Shown: positions 24,740-34,346, counted from the stretch's first letter. The stretch: DNA of 64,000 nt from Paludibacteraceae bacterium (GCA_017477325.1 JAFUWV010000005.1:2439-66438); one strand, 5' to 3'. Numbers and translations are program-made. Notes: generated by a model not told the origin, from the sequence alone.

Positions 24740-26155
24740 CTATTTCAAATTCCCTCTTTCCCGACTGTCTGCGTCTTCATTAATCAGGCTTACAAGCGCC
24801 TCTACAGCCTCTTCCTGGGCAATATTCTTCCTGACACACTCTTTGCCTCTGTACAGACTCACTTTTCCTCTACCTGCCCCCACATAGCCATAATCTGCAT
24901 CTGCCATCTCGCCAGGTCCGTTCACTATGCAACCCATCACGGCTATCTTCAACCCCTTCATCTGCGCTGTGGCGGCTTTCACTTCCTGAATAGTCTTCTC
25001 TATGTCAAACAATGTTCTTCCGCACGATGGGCAAGACACATATTCCGTCTTATACCTTATCACTCCTGCCGCCTGCAGTATATCCTTGGCAAGCGTCTCA
25101 AGTCTCGCTCTCTCAAAATGCCGGTTCTCTATCACCAGCTGCCCGGCTCCTGTGTCAAACAGCGGTTTACCCAAGTCTGCCGAGGCATGAATGCAGAAAT
25201 TCTCCCAGCTGCAATCTTCCTCAGAAATGTATCTCAGCATGCTACCGTCAAGCTCAAGGTAAGCTCTCGGTGTAATACCATTCTCGAATCTGCTTGCTAT
25301 CTCTTGCGCAACCGGTATCTCTGCCTCAGGAGCCTCCGAGAGAGATACCCTTATCGTGTCTCCTATCCCGTCCGCAAGCAGTGCGCCAATCCCCAATGCC
25401 GACTTTATCCTGCCGTCTTCGCCCTCGCCTGCCTCTGTCACTCCAAGGTGCAACGGGAAATGCATATCCTCCTTGTCCATCCGCTCAACCAGCAACCGCA
25501 CCGTCTGAACCATAATCTTGGTGGTAGATGCCTTGACGGATATAACCACGTCGCCGAACTCTTCCTCCACGCATATCCTTAGAAACTCCATACAGCTCTC
25601 CACCATTCCCTGAGGCGTATCTCCATATCTCGACATTATCCTGTCGGACAACGAGCCGTGGTTCACACCTATGCGAAGTGCAGTATGGTGCTCTTTGCAG
25701 ATATTAAGCAGCCTTACAAACCTCTCACGCAATCTGCCCAGTTCTTCCTTATACTCTTCTTCCGTATATTCAATATGAATGAATTTCCTTGCCGGATCAA
25801 CATAATTGCCGGGATTTATCCTCACTTTCTCCACTACTTTTGCTGCCTCATCGGCTACATTCGCATTGAAATGCACGTCGGCTACCAAAGGAGTCATGCA
25901 GCCTTTCGCTCTAAGAGCCTCAGCCGTCTGACGCAAACTCTCAACCTCACGCGTGCCTTGCGTAGTGAATCTAAGTAGTTCGGCTCCTGCCCCGATTATC
26001 TTCAGCGCCTGCCCAACTGAAGCCGCAACGTCATTGGTGTCAGTGTTAGCCATACTCTGCACTCTGATAGGATATTCCGACCCTATACACAGTCCACCCA
26101 CACGTGTTGTTGATGTCTTTCTTCGATTCTTTGGAGTTAAATCTATCTGTTGCAT
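24740..26155 (-). CDS. ispG: 4-hydroxy-3-methylbut-2-en-1-yl diphosphate synthase (IspG/GcpE)
   Basis: RVQSMANTDT TIM-barrel N-domain, an inserted middle domain, and Fe-S Cys motifs (CPSCGRT, GCIVNGPGE). The start is moved to ATG 26155 (MQQIDL) because the track start overlaps the -7 box. Confidence 0.85.
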   Translation of the reverse strand: MQQIDLTPKNRRKTSTTRVGGLCIGSEYPIRVQSMANTDTNDVAASVGQALKIIGAGAELLRFTTQGTREVESLRQTAEALRAKGCMTPLVADVHFNANVADEAAKVVEKVRINPGNYVDPARKFIHIEYTEEEYKEELGRLRERFVRLLNICKEHHTALRIGVNHGSLSDRIMSRYGDTPQGMVESCMEFLRICVEEEFGDVVISVKASTTKIMVQTVRLLVERMDKEDMHFPLHLGVTEAGEGEDGRIKSALGIGALLADGIGDTIRVSLSEAPEAEIPVAQEIASRFENGITPRAYLELDGSMLRYISEEDCSWENFCIHASADLGKPLFDTGAGQLVIENRHFERARLETLAKDILQAAGVIRYKTEYVSCPSCGRTLFDIEKTIQEVKAATAQMKGLKIAVMGCIVNGPGEMADADYGYVGAGRGKVSLYRGKECVRKNIAQEEAVEALVSLINEDADSRERGNLK

Positions 26156-26176
26156 ATCATATACGATTAGTGAGCG

Positions 26177-26184
26177 CAAAGATA
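26177..26184 (-). promoter_or_regulatory. -7 box TATCTTTG for ispG
   Basis: The reverse complement of caaagata lies 22 nt upstream of ATG 26155. Confidence 0.5.
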
Positions 26185-26310
26185 GTAATTTCTGCTGACA
26201 CCCGCAATAAAATAGTTGAAAGTTTAAAGAAGCAGATAATCACATAAGTCAGTCAAAAACCTTAAACAAGTACCGCAATATGGTGGTATAGGATTGTCCA
26301 GAAAGACTCT

Positions 26311-26496
26311 GTGCCATATCCGGTGGAAGTAATCATCGAAAAGCGGGTAAGGAACGCCTACGACCGGTTCGTCAGCGGATGGTTCTGGGCTACAGCTATA
26401 CTACTGCTCCTGATTGCAGCATTCCTGATTTGCGACAAGATACCCGCCACCAAACCATACACAACCATGATAAAAGGACTTCTTAAATGGCTCTGA
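26311..26496 (+). CDS. Possible small membrane protein (61 aa, GTG start)
   Basis: It has one hydrophobic segment (WFWATAILLLLIAAFLI), and its stop directly abuts a 12-bp hairpin. There is no ATG start and no recognisable promoter. Confidence 0.25.
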   Translation: MPYPVEVIIEKRVRNAYDRFVSGWFWATAILLLLIAAFLICDKIPATKPYTTMIKGLLKWL

Positions 26497-26542
26497 AATT
26501 GTCCAAAAACAAGGCATATTTTTGGACAGGTTTTGGACAATT
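26497..26542. terminator. Hairpin between convergent small ORFs
   Basis: AATTGTCCAAAA pairs with TTTTGGACAATT (12 bp). A third copy, TTTTTGGACA at 26519-28, offers an alternative pairing partner. Confidence 0.4.
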
Positions 26543-26570
26543 CAGTTGTGCCCGAGTGGTTAGGGAGAAA

Positions 26571-26831
26571 CTAATCCCCAGGAAACATATCTCCCACAAG
26601 GAACCACATGAGAAATGGGGTAATCATAATGCTAATAATAAATATTATCCATGAGAACCAGCGATAACCTATCTCACGGAATTTCCATGCTATTGAGGCG
26701 GATAGATATAGATAAATATACCACCCGATAAAGATTGACACTATAATAATGAGAAACCACATTATCAACACTCTTTCTTTAATTGCAAAGGTACAAATAA
26801 TCATCAACATACAAAACATGTTATAAAACAT
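26571..26831 (-). CDS. Small hydrophobic protein (86 aa, ~3 TM), unknown function
   Basis: ATG start, strongly hydrophobic and AT-rich. No homology was recognised. Confidence 0.4.
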   Translation of the reverse strand: MFYNMFCMLMIICTFAIKERVLIMWFLIIIVSIFIGWYIYLYLSASIAWKFREIGYRWFSWIIFIISIMITPFLMWFLVGDMFPGD

Positions 26832-26865
26832 ACTTTTTTTTCTTGTGTAAACCCAAAATAAGTAT

Positions 26866-26873
26866 TACCTTTG
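26866..26873 (+). promoter_or_regulatory. -7 box TACCTTTG
   Basis: Consensus TAnnTTTG lies 23 nt upstream of ATG 26896. Confidence 0.5.
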
Positions 26874-26895
26874 TACAGAAAAACAAAAGATAATC

Positions 26896-27075
26896 ATGTT
26901 GCTAAGCATTCTGATAATATTGCTTGCAGTTCTCTATTTTGCATGGAGTATTTATCTTGCCATAGTAGCCACCAACCGCGGCAACTGGGCATGGGGAGTT
27001 ATTTTCTTTTTCATTTCCATAATATTCACTCCATTAGTAGTGCACCTTATATATAAAGGTGCTGGTATTCTGTGA
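26896..27075 (+). CDS. Small membrane protein, 59 aa (below the ORF-track cutoff)
   Basis: My own translation is MLLSILIILLAVLYFAWSIYLAIVATNRGNWAWGVIFFFISIIFTPLVVHLIYKGAGIL, with two TM segments. A consensus -7 box precedes it. Confidence 0.45.
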   Translation: MLLSILIILLAVLYFAWSIYLAIVATNRGNWAWGVIFFFISIIFTPLVVHLIYKGAGIL

Positions 27076-27137
27076 TTTTTTCAGTCTTTTAATGGTTAAG
27101 AGATATTCTGTAATTTTGCCCAAAAATAATATTTTGT

Positions 27138-27346
27138 ATGGCAAAGTTAACAGATGATCAATTGCGCTTTATTATCGACCTTGATGCTTCAGGCGCACAA
27201 GGCAAGATAAATACGCTCACTGTTGACATCAATAAACTCGAGAAAGAAAACCAGTCTCTGCGCTCCATCCTCTCTCAAAACGAGAAGGAGATGCAGCAGC
27301 TCGCTACGCAGATGGAGCGGCTCGAGCAACGAAGCATGAGTAACAC
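27138..27346 (+). pseudogene. Orphan 5' gene fragment (coiled-coil N-terminus) that ends at the tRNA-Ser terminator
   Basis: MAKLTDDQLRFIIDLDASGAQGKINTLTVDINKLEKENQSLRSILSQNEKEMQQLATQMERLEQRS looks like genuine coding sequence. The rest of the 164-aa track ORF is antisense to a terminator and a tRNA. Confidence 0.35.
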
Positions 27347-27383
27347 AAAAAAAATGCCGCTGAATGCAGTATTCATCGGCATT
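27347..27383 (-). terminator. Intrinsic terminator of tRNA-Ser
   Basis: The minus strand reads AATGCCGATGAATACTGCATTCAGCGGCATT followed by TTTTTTTT. Confidence 0.75.
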
Positions 27384-27384
27384 G

Positions 27385-27471
27385 CGGAAGGAGGGGGATT
27401 CGAACCCCCGGTACCCTTACGAGTACGTCAGTTTAGCAAACTGGTGGTTTCAGCCACTCACCCATCCTTCC
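27385..27471 (-). tRNA. tRNA-Ser (anticodon GCU), class II
   Basis: Folded by hand. Acceptor GGAAGGA/TCCTTCC. D-stem GGT/ACC with loop GAGTGGCTGAA. Anticodon loop TTGCTAA. Long variable arm with GTAC/GTAC stem. T-arm GGGGG-TTCGAAT-CCCCC. Discriminator G. No CCA is encoded. Confidence 0.9.
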
Positions 27472-27685
27472 TGTCAGGCGTGTTGCCAAACTGCTTCTTT
27501 TCGAAAGCGGGTGCAAAAGTAATGCAAATTTTTCACATGCGCAAGAACAAACTGAAAAATCTTGTATATTTTAACAAAATGAGAGCAAATCATATCGGTC
27601 TGACAAGTTTGACAGGAATATACGAATCCTGAAATTAAAAGTACATAAAAACACTTTACTGTATGGAAAGTTCAGAAAAAAGTGT

Positions 27686-27693
27686 TACCTTTG
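27686..27693 (+). promoter_or_regulatory. -7 box TACCTTTG for mltG
   Basis: TTACCTTTGCACCC lies only 10 nt upstream of ATG 27703. Confidence 0.5.
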
Positions 27694-27702
27694 CACCCGA
27701 TT

Positions 27703-28728
27703 ATGAAGAAGAAAACTATTGTAATATTAACCCTGTTCGCTATGGTGCCTATAGCGATAGGGATTGAGCAGTATTATCGCATGTTTGTGAGCAATCTGAC
27801 TGCAAAAGACGACGAAGAGCACTTACTTTATATATACCCCAATTCATCGTTAGACAGCGTCATTGCCGCCATAGAAGAGACACATGACATAGCATCTCCA
27901 TGGAATCTGCGTCTGCATTGCCGAATGATGAAGTTCGCTCACCCCAAAGCAGGGTGCTATAAACTAAATGAGAAAGAGGCGGACGTGAATCTGATTCGTC
28001 GTCTGAGAGGAGGCGAACAGACACCTGTAGAAGTCACATTCAACCGCATCCGGACTCGCAGTCAGCTGGCGAAACGCCTGTCTGACCAACTGTTGATGGA
28101 CTCCGCAGAAGTGGCTCAAAGACTTGAAAGCAACGAGTATATGTCACAATACGGACTTAAGCGTGAAACAGCTGTGTGTCTGTTTATTCCTAACACATAC
28201 GAGTTGTATTGGACCATATCTGCCGATGCCCTGTTTGCAAGAATGGAGAAAGAATACAAACACTTCTGGACTGCAGAAAGAGTGCAAAAAGCCAAAAAGC
28301 TGGGACTCAGCAAAGAGGGAGTTGCCACTGTGGCAAGTATTGCAGAAGAAGAGACTAACAAAGACTTCGAATATCCTATCATAGCAGGTCTGTATCTGAA
28401 CCGCTTGAAACAAGGCATGCCTCTGCAAGCATGCCCCACAGTCAAGTTTGCATGGCAAGACTTCAGTTTGCGCAGAATACTCAACAAGCATCTTGAGATT
28501 GACTCACCCTACAACACTTACAAAAACAAAGGCCTGCCACCGGGACCCATTCGTATCCCCCGCGCTTCCACAATGGATGCAGTACTCAACTACACTCCAA
28601 GCACCTATCTTTTCATGTGTGCTTCTGCCGAATTCAACGGCACACACCATTTCTCCTCAACATACGCTGAGCATGCAAGATATGCAAGAGAATATCAGGC
28701 AGAATTGAACAAAAGAAACATAAAGTAA
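27703..28728 (+). CDS. mltG: Endolytic murein transglycosylase MltG (YceG-like)
   Basis: N-terminal TM anchor and a YceG domain (GLPPGPIRIPRASTMDAVLN ... FNGTHHFSSTYAEH). The start is moved from GTG 27682, which overlaps the promoter, to ATG 27703. Confidence 0.85.
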   Translation: MKKKTIVILTLFAMVPIAIGIEQYYRMFVSNLTAKDDEEHLLYIYPNSSLDSVIAAIEETHDIASPWNLRLHCRMMKFAHPKAGCYKLNEKEADVNLIRRLRGGEQTPVEVTFNRIRTRSQLAKRLSDQLLMDSAEVAQRLESNEYMSQYGLKRETAVCLFIPNTYELYWTISADALFARMEKEYKHFWTAERVQKAKKLGLSKEGVATVASIAEEETNKDFEYPIIAGLYLNRLKQGMPLQACPTVKFAWQDFSLRRILNKHLEIDSPYNTYKNKGLPPGPIRIPRASTMDAVLNYTPSTYLFMCASAEFNGTHHFSSTYAEHARYAREYQAELNKRNIK

Positions 28729-28746
28729 GCAGAAACTTCAACGAAG

Positions 28747-29589
28747 ATGCAATATACACAAGTATTATTCAGTGTTGACTCCGAACTCGGTTTTGTGCAA
28801 GATGTACTGACTCAGCAACTTGCAGACATAGGTTTCGAGAGTTTTGTTGAACAGGCTGACGGCCGGTTAGCGGCATATATTCCAACCTGCAACTTTGATA
28901 CCGCCAATCTGAAATCCATGCTCGACTCCTTTCCTTTCGAAGGAGTACGACTTTTGGAAACCACACTCTGCGAAGACAAAGATTGGAACGAAGAATGGGA
29001 ACAGAATTCGTTTCAACCGATACAGATTGGCTCCGACTGCCTCATTCATGCACCATTCCACAAGAATCTGCCACAGTGCAAATACGACATAGTCATAAAT
29101 CCAAAAATGGCATTTGGCACGGGCACTCACCAAACCACGTCTCTCATTCTGAGCAGACTCCTGCAAACCAATCTGCAAGGCAAAAGTCTGCTTGACATGG
29201 GCTGCGGGACTGCCGTATTAGGCATCTTAGCCAAGAAACTGGGAGCTTCGCCTGTCACTGCTATCGATATTGACAACTGGTGTACCGAGAATGCTGCAGA
29301 GAATTGTATGCTGAACGGCATCAGCGACATGGAGATTTTGCTTGGAGATGCCAAACTGCTTGAAGGCAGGAGTTTTGACATCATACTTGCTAACATCAAC
29401 CGCAATATTCTATTAATGGATATGCCGCATTATGCCGCATCGCTCAATAACGGCGGCATACTGATAATGAGCGGATTCTACACAGACGATATACCTGTCC
29501 TTATGGAAGAGGCAAAAAAGCATGGTCTTGTGCAAGCAGAACATCTGAGCAAAGACAACTGGGCAATGCTCGAACTACATAAAGAATAA
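28747..29589 (+). CDS. prmA: Ribosomal protein L11 methyltransferase
   Basis: 280 aa with SAM motif LDMGCGTAVLG and PrmA-like overall organisation. Confidence 0.85.
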   Translation: MQYTQVLFSVDSELGFVQDVLTQQLADIGFESFVEQADGRLAAYIPTCNFDTANLKSMLDSFPFEGVRLLETTLCEDKDWNEEWEQNSFQPIQIGSDCLIHAPFHKNLPQCKYDIVINPKMAFGTGTHQTTSLILSRLLQTNLQGKSLLDMGCGTAVLGILAKKLGASPVTAIDIDNWCTENAAENCMLNGISDMEILLGDAKLLEGRSFDIILANINRNILLMDMPHYAASLNNGGILIMSGFYTDDIPVLMEEAKKHGLVQAEHLSKDNWAMLELHKE

Positions 29590-29634
29590 TCCGTTGCGCA
29601 ATGACAATGCGGTATTTAATCAAATAGAACATTC

Positions 29635-30963
29635 ATGTCAACAATTTGTGCCATATCAACTCCTGCCGGCATTGGCGGAATAGCCGTTGTCAGAGTGTCC
29701 GGCAAAGACGCCATCAGCATTGTGGACAGCCTTTTCGAAGGCAAACACTCATTGGCAACAGCCAAGGGATACTCAATGCATTACGGCACCATTGCTGACT
29801 TGGACGATGCCGTAGTGAGCATTTTTCGGGCACCTCATTCGTTTACCGGTGAGGATGTGGTAGAGATTAGTTGTCATGGTTCATTGTTCATTCAGCAGGA
29901 GTTGCTCCACAGACTGACAGGAGCCGGCTGTAAACCTGCCCAACCGGGAGAGTTCACCAAGCGGGCATTCCTGAATGGCAAAATAGATCTGAGTCAGGCC
30001 GAGGCTGTTGCAGACCTGATTTCCGCACAGAGCAAGGCTGCTCACAACATAGCATTGAGCCATATCAGAGGAGGGGTCTCAGAGAGACTAAACCATCTGC
30101 GCGAACAACTGCTAAAGATTACCTCCCTGTTGGAGCTTGAGCTGGACTTTGCCGACCATGAAGAACTGGAGTTTGCAGACAGAAGCGAGTTGAGCAAGTT
30201 AGCACACGAGATTGACCTGCATATCGGTAAGCTTGTGAGTACATTCAAATTGGGCAATGCCTTGAAAAACGGAATATCAGTAGCCATCATAGGCCCTACC
30301 AATGCCGGAAAATCGACACTGCTGAATGCACTCGTAGGCGAAGACAGAGCCATCGTCAGCGATATTCATGGCACCACAAGAGACACCATAGAAGAAACCG
30401 TAAGCATTGATGGTATACTGTTCCGCTTTATTGATACGGCAGGCATCAGACAAACTGACAATCAAATCGAAAGCATAGGGATAGACCGCTCAAGGAAAGC
30501 AGCGGAGAAAGCAGATATAATTCTTTATGTGCTCGACTCTGCCAATATGGACACCACAAAAGATGACATACTAAAAGATATTGACACTATCGACAAGACT
30601 ATTATCACGATATACAACAAAGTTGATTTGCTTCAAGAGCAGCCTTGCATATCAAACGACAACGAGATTTATCTCTCAGCCAAACACGGAGATATAGAGC
30701 CGCTGAGAAAATTGCTCGTCAAACATTTGCCGAACGAGACTCCGAATGAGATACTCATTTCCAACACAAGACACTATGAGGCTCTTTGTCTGGCCCAGTC
30801 TGCTATTAGACGTGTTCAACAGGGACTGCAACAAAACTTGTCAGGAGAGTTACTCTCGATGGATTTGCATGATTGCCTTGACGCACTGGGGGAGATAACA
30901 GGAGAAATTACGTCAGAAGATGTACTCGGCAACATCTTTTCTCATTTCTGTATAGGAAAATAA
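29635..30963 (+). CDS. mnmE: tRNA modification GTPase MnmE (TrmE)
   Basis: G1 motif GPTNAGKSTLLNAL, DTAG, NKVD and the diagnostic C-terminus FCIGK. Confidence 0.95.
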   Translation: MSTICAISTPAGIGGIAVVRVSGKDAISIVDSLFEGKHSLATAKGYSMHYGTIADLDDAVVSIFRAPHSFTGEDVVEISCHGSLFIQQELLHRLTGAGCKPAQPGEFTKRAFLNGKIDLSQAEAVADLISAQSKAAHNIALSHIRGGVSERLNHLREQLLKITSLLELELDFADHEELEFADRSELSKLAHEIDLHIGKLVSTFKLGNALKNGISVAIIGPTNAGKSTLLNALVGEDRAIVSDIHGTTRDTIEETVSIDGILFRFIDTAGIRQTDNQIESIGIDRSRKAAEKADIILYVLDSANMDTTKDDILKDIDTIDKTIITIYNKVDLLQEQPCISNDNEIYLSAKHGDIEPLRKLLVKHLPNETPNEILISNTRHYEALCLAQSAIRRVQQGLQQNLSGELLSMDLHDCLDALGEITGEITSEDVLGNIFSHFCIGK

Positions 30964-30986
30964 GAATACATAAAACAAAATCATAT

Positions 30987-31868
30987 ATGCTTCTATCAAT
31001 GACCGGCTATGGTAAAGCCGAATGCCTTATTCAAAACAAAAAATACATAGTAGAGTTGCGTTCGCTCAATTCAAAACAGATGGATATCTCAATGCGCCTG
31101 GCTTCTCTGTTTCGAGAAAAAGAACTTGACCTGAGAACTATCCTGACGCAGCAGTTGGAACGGGGGAAAATAGATTGCGCCATCTTGCCTGACAACAACA
31201 CTGCAGAGTCAGCCACTGCATATATCAACACGCAATTGCTTGACATGTACGTAAAACAACTGCAAGATTATGCCAACCAGAACAATCTGACAACAGACGT
31301 TCTTGCCATTGCAATGAGAATACCTGATGTGACCAAGCCCAACGAAAACAGCCAGTTGTCTGACGAGGACTGGGAGATACTGAAGAGCACGGTTATGCAG
31401 GCAATAGAGCAATTCAACAGCTTCCGGCGGCAAGAGGGTAACGCCCTGCAAAACATGTTTACGGAAAAACTGAATGCCATACTTGCGCTACTCAGCCAGG
31501 TAGAGCCTCTGGAGAAAGAGAGGATACAGAAAATCAGAACAAGACTTGAAGACAACCTGCGCCAACTTTCAGAAGAGACACAACAAGCAACCGACCGCAA
31601 CAGACTGGAGCAGGAGATGATATATTATCTTGAGAAACTTGATATCACCGAAGAGAAAGTAAGGCTCAAAAACCACATACGCTATTTCTTTGAGACTATG
31701 CAGGAGGAAACAGGGGTCGGTAAGAAACTCGGATTTGTAGCTCAGGAGATGGGCAGAGAGATTAACACCTTGGGAAGCAAATCCAATCATTCTGAAATGC
31801 AAATCATAGTGGTTAAGATGAAAGACATACTTGAGCAGATAAAAGAGCAAGTGTTGAACGTATTGTGA
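30987..31868 (+). CDS. yicC: YicC-family stress-induced protein
   Basis: N-terminus SMTGYGKAE and the conserved C-terminal helical DUF1732-like region (EMGREINTLGSKSN). Confidence 0.85.
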   Translation: MLLSMTGYGKAECLIQNKKYIVELRSLNSKQMDISMRLASLFREKELDLRTILTQQLERGKIDCAILPDNNTAESATAYINTQLLDMYVKQLQDYANQNNLTTDVLAIAMRIPDVTKPNENSQLSDEDWEILKSTVMQAIEQFNSFRRQEGNALQNMFTEKLNAILALLSQVEPLEKERIQKIRTRLEDNLRQLSEETQQATDRNRLEQEMIYYLEKLDITEEKVRLKNHIRYFFETMQEETGVGKKLGFVAQEMGREINTLGSKSNHSEMQIIVVKMKDILEQIKEQVLNVL

Positions 31869-31890
31869 TATATTTGAAAATTCGAAGATT

Positions 31891-32448
31891 ATGATACTTA
31901 TATTTTGCGCACCATCAGGTTCCGGAAAGAGCACTTTTGTGAAGCACCTACTCTCATGCTACAACACTTTCGAGTTGTCAATCTCTGCCACTTCACGCCC
32001 TCCGCGTGGCACGGAGAAACATGGAGTTGAATACTATTTTCTCACAGCTGAAGAGTTCCGAAAACTTATAGCTGAAGATAAATTTGTCGAGTATCAGGAA
32101 GTCTATAAAGACAAGTTCTATGGCACTCTGAAAAGCGAGATTGACAGAATACAAAAAAAAGGTCATCATGTGGTGTTCGATGTCGATGTGAAAGGAGGAC
32201 TGAACCTGAAAAAGATATTCGGGAATGGTGCCATTTCCGTGTTCATTCAACCCCCATCAATCGAAGAACTCCGCAAGCGACTGACAGGCAGAGGCACCGA
32301 CTCTGCAGAGATGATAGAGCAGCGCATAGCAAAAGCATCTACCGAACTACAGGACGCACCATATTTCGATCACATCATTGTGAACGACAACCTGCAGACC
32401 GCACTTGCCGAACTGGACACGTTATTGAAACAATACAATCTTATATAA
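31891..32448 (+). CDS. gmk: Guanylate kinase
   Basis: P-loop APSGSGKST, the SATSRPPR motif and 185 aa length. Confidence 0.9.
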   Translation: MILIFCAPSGSGKSTFVKHLLSCYNTFELSISATSRPPRGTEKHGVEYYFLTAEEFRKLIAEDKFVEYQEVYKDKFYGTLKSEIDRIQKKGHHVVFDVDVKGGLNLKKIFGNGAISVFIQPPSIEELRKRLTGRGTDSAEMIEQRIAKASTELQDAPYFDHIIVNDNLQTALAELDTLLKQYNLI

Positions 32449-32464
32449 ACCATCCATCGGCAAA

Positions 32465-33043
32465 ATGAACATAGGCATCTACTCCGGCTCGTTTAATCCC
32501 ATACATCTCGGCCATACAGGTTTAGCCGGATATATTCTCCGGCACAGCAACCTGGACGAGGTCTGGCTGATGGTATCGCCCAATAACCCGCTTAAAACAG
32601 AAAGCGACCTGTGGGATGAGAAGTTCAGACTCAAACTTGCCAAGATAGCCACCAATCATATACCCGGAGTAACTGCTTCCGATTTCGAGTTCAACCTGCC
32701 GCGCCCATCATATACTGTTGAGACATTAAGGCAGCTTTCTGACAGATATCCGCAACACAGCTTTTCGCTCATTATCGGCTCAGACAACATGACTATTTTC
32801 CACAAATGGAGGGAATATGAATATATACTTGGCCACTATCCGATACTTGTATATCCGCGCAAAGGAGATGATATGGAGTATCTTAAGAAGAAATATCCGA
32901 ATATACATATTGTCGAGAATGCACCTTTGTTCGAGATATCTTCAACCATGATAAGACAGAAACTTAAGGCTGGAGAAAGCGTGGCAGAATGGGTAGATAA
33001 AGAAGTAAATGAGATTTTGGAAAAAGAATATTTGCGAGATTGA
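32465..33043 (+). CDS. nadD: Nicotinate-nucleotide adenylyltransferase
   Basis: GSFNPIHLGH (HxGH) and the ISST motif near the C-terminus (EISSTMIR). Confidence 0.9.
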   Translation: MNIGIYSGSFNPIHLGHTGLAGYILRHSNLDEVWLMVSPNNPLKTESDLWDEKFRLKLAKIATNHIPGVTASDFEFNLPRPSYTVETLRQLSDRYPQHSFSLIIGSDNMTIFHKWREYEYILGHYPILVYPRKGDDMEYLKKKYPNIHIVENAPLFEISSTMIRQKLKAGESVAEWVDKEVNEILEKEYLRD

Positions 33044-33117
33044 ATTTTTTGTAGTAATTTCGTAGCCGAAAAAATTTCGTTAGAACAAAAGCGTATATAA
33101 ACAAAATTAAAAACTCT

Positions 33118-33354
33118 ATGATAACAACATTCAACAAGTTACGTGCTGTGAAAGACAGCCTCCCCAGCGGCAGTATGAACGCAATTGCAGAAGAATTAGG
33201 CATTTCTGCCGATGAAGTTCGCACATATTTCGGCGGAAAAGCCGAAGATGGCACAGGCATACATATTGAGCCGGGTCCTGATGGAGGCATTGTCACTCTC
33301 GACAACACTCGTATTTTGGAAGTTGCCCTGCGCATTGCGTGGGAGAACCGCTGA
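33118..33354 (+). CDS. Small hypothetical protein (78 aa), possible HTH
   Basis: The segment SMNAIAEELGISADEVRTYF resembles a helix-turn-helix. No family was recognised. Confidence 0.4.
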   Translation: MITTFNKLRAVKDSLPSGSMNAIAEELGISADEVRTYFGGKAEDGTGIHIEPGPDGGIVTLDNTRILEVALRIAWENR

Positions 33355-33471
33355 GATGCAAGAAGCACTAAACATTAAAAATCAGCAAGGAAGACGCTCT
33401 GACAAATAGTTGGAACGGCTTTCTTTGCATTATATATAATTAGTCTGTAACATAACAAAAAACAATTAGAA

Positions 33472-34323
33472 ATGAGAAAACGTATTTTTGCCGCAATTGC
33501 TGCTATTAGTATTAGCTGTGCCGGTTTTGCTTGGGACTTCCCCGGATTTGAATGGTCAGTGGGAGCAGACATTACTTCTGCATACCTCTGGCGTGGTCTG
33601 AATCTTGGCGGTTTGGCCATTCAGCCTGATGTATCAATTGGCTACGGAGGCCTTAAACTTGACGCTTGGGCCAACATCTCGCCTAAAGATTACAAATTCA
33701 AGGAAATAGCACCCGAACTCGACCTCACTCTTTCCTACTCTATCGTCGGATTGACGGTCGGTGTCAATCACCAGTACTATTTCGACAAAACAAAGTTTTT
33801 TGACTGGAGAATGCCGACTCTTGAACAGTACAACAACGGTGATTATGCAGGCAACCAGACGGAAGTTTTTGCGGAATTTAATCTTGGAGACATCCTGGAA
33901 GACGTTCCGTTTCACATAGGATGGTACACTTACGTTGCCGGTGACGACTATGCAGAGCAGTATGCCGAAGATGGCGAGACCGTTATTGGCATCAAGCGTG
34001 CATATTCATCCTACTTTGATGTTTCATACGATTTCGGGCTGCCTCTCGGTTTTTCCATTACACCTACAGTTGGTATGTCTCCTTGGAAAGGTATGTACAA
34101 CTACTATGACGAAGGTTTCTCCGTAAACAATATATCGCTCAAACTCAACTGGGAATTTGAAGGCGGAGACCATTTCGCTCTTGACGTTTATGCTATCGGA
34201 GCTGTCAATACTGCCGGCATAAACAAAGAAAATGTCTGGAGAAACTTCTACAACACCTCCACCGGCGACTGGAATACCCAGCGCCTGCACTTCGCTATCG
34301 GTCTGGGTGTTTGGTTCTTCTAA
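33472..34323 (+). CDS. Putative outer-membrane beta-barrel porin (TorF/Gcw_chp-like)
   Basis: It has a signal peptide. The ITSAYLWRGLNLGGLAIQPDVSIGY block resembles the Gcw_chp family. The sequence alternates in a beta pattern and ends in aromatic residues (WFF). Confidence 0.5.
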   Translation: MRKRIFAAIAAISISCAGFAWDFPGFEWSVGADITSAYLWRGLNLGGLAIQPDVSIGYGGLKLDAWANISPKDYKFKEIAPELDLTLSYSIVGLTVGVNHQYYFDKTKFFDWRMPTLEQYNNGDYAGNQTEVFAEFNLGDILEDVPFHIGWYTYVAGDDYAEQYAEDGETVIGIKRAYSSYFDVSYDFGLPLGFSITPTVGMSPWKGMYNYYDEGFSVNNISLKLNWEFEGGDHFALDVYAIGAVNTAGINKENVWRNFYNTSTGDWNTQRLHFAIGLGVWFF

Positions 34324-34346
34324 TACTGTCTTCATAACTACGTTTT

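Noticed and set aside
26543-26580. tRNA-like fragment GTGCCCGAGTGGTTAGGGAG
   Set aside because: It resembles a class II tRNA D-arm, but no acceptor stem, anticodon arm or T-arm can be folded around it. It also overlaps the 3' end of a small ORF.
27138-27632. 164-aa ORF in the supplied track
   Set aside because: Residues from about 70 onward are the antisense translation of the tRNA-Ser terminator and the tRNA itself (GIAEGGGFEPPVP.. mirrors the T-arm). Only the first ~70 codons are kept, as a fragment.
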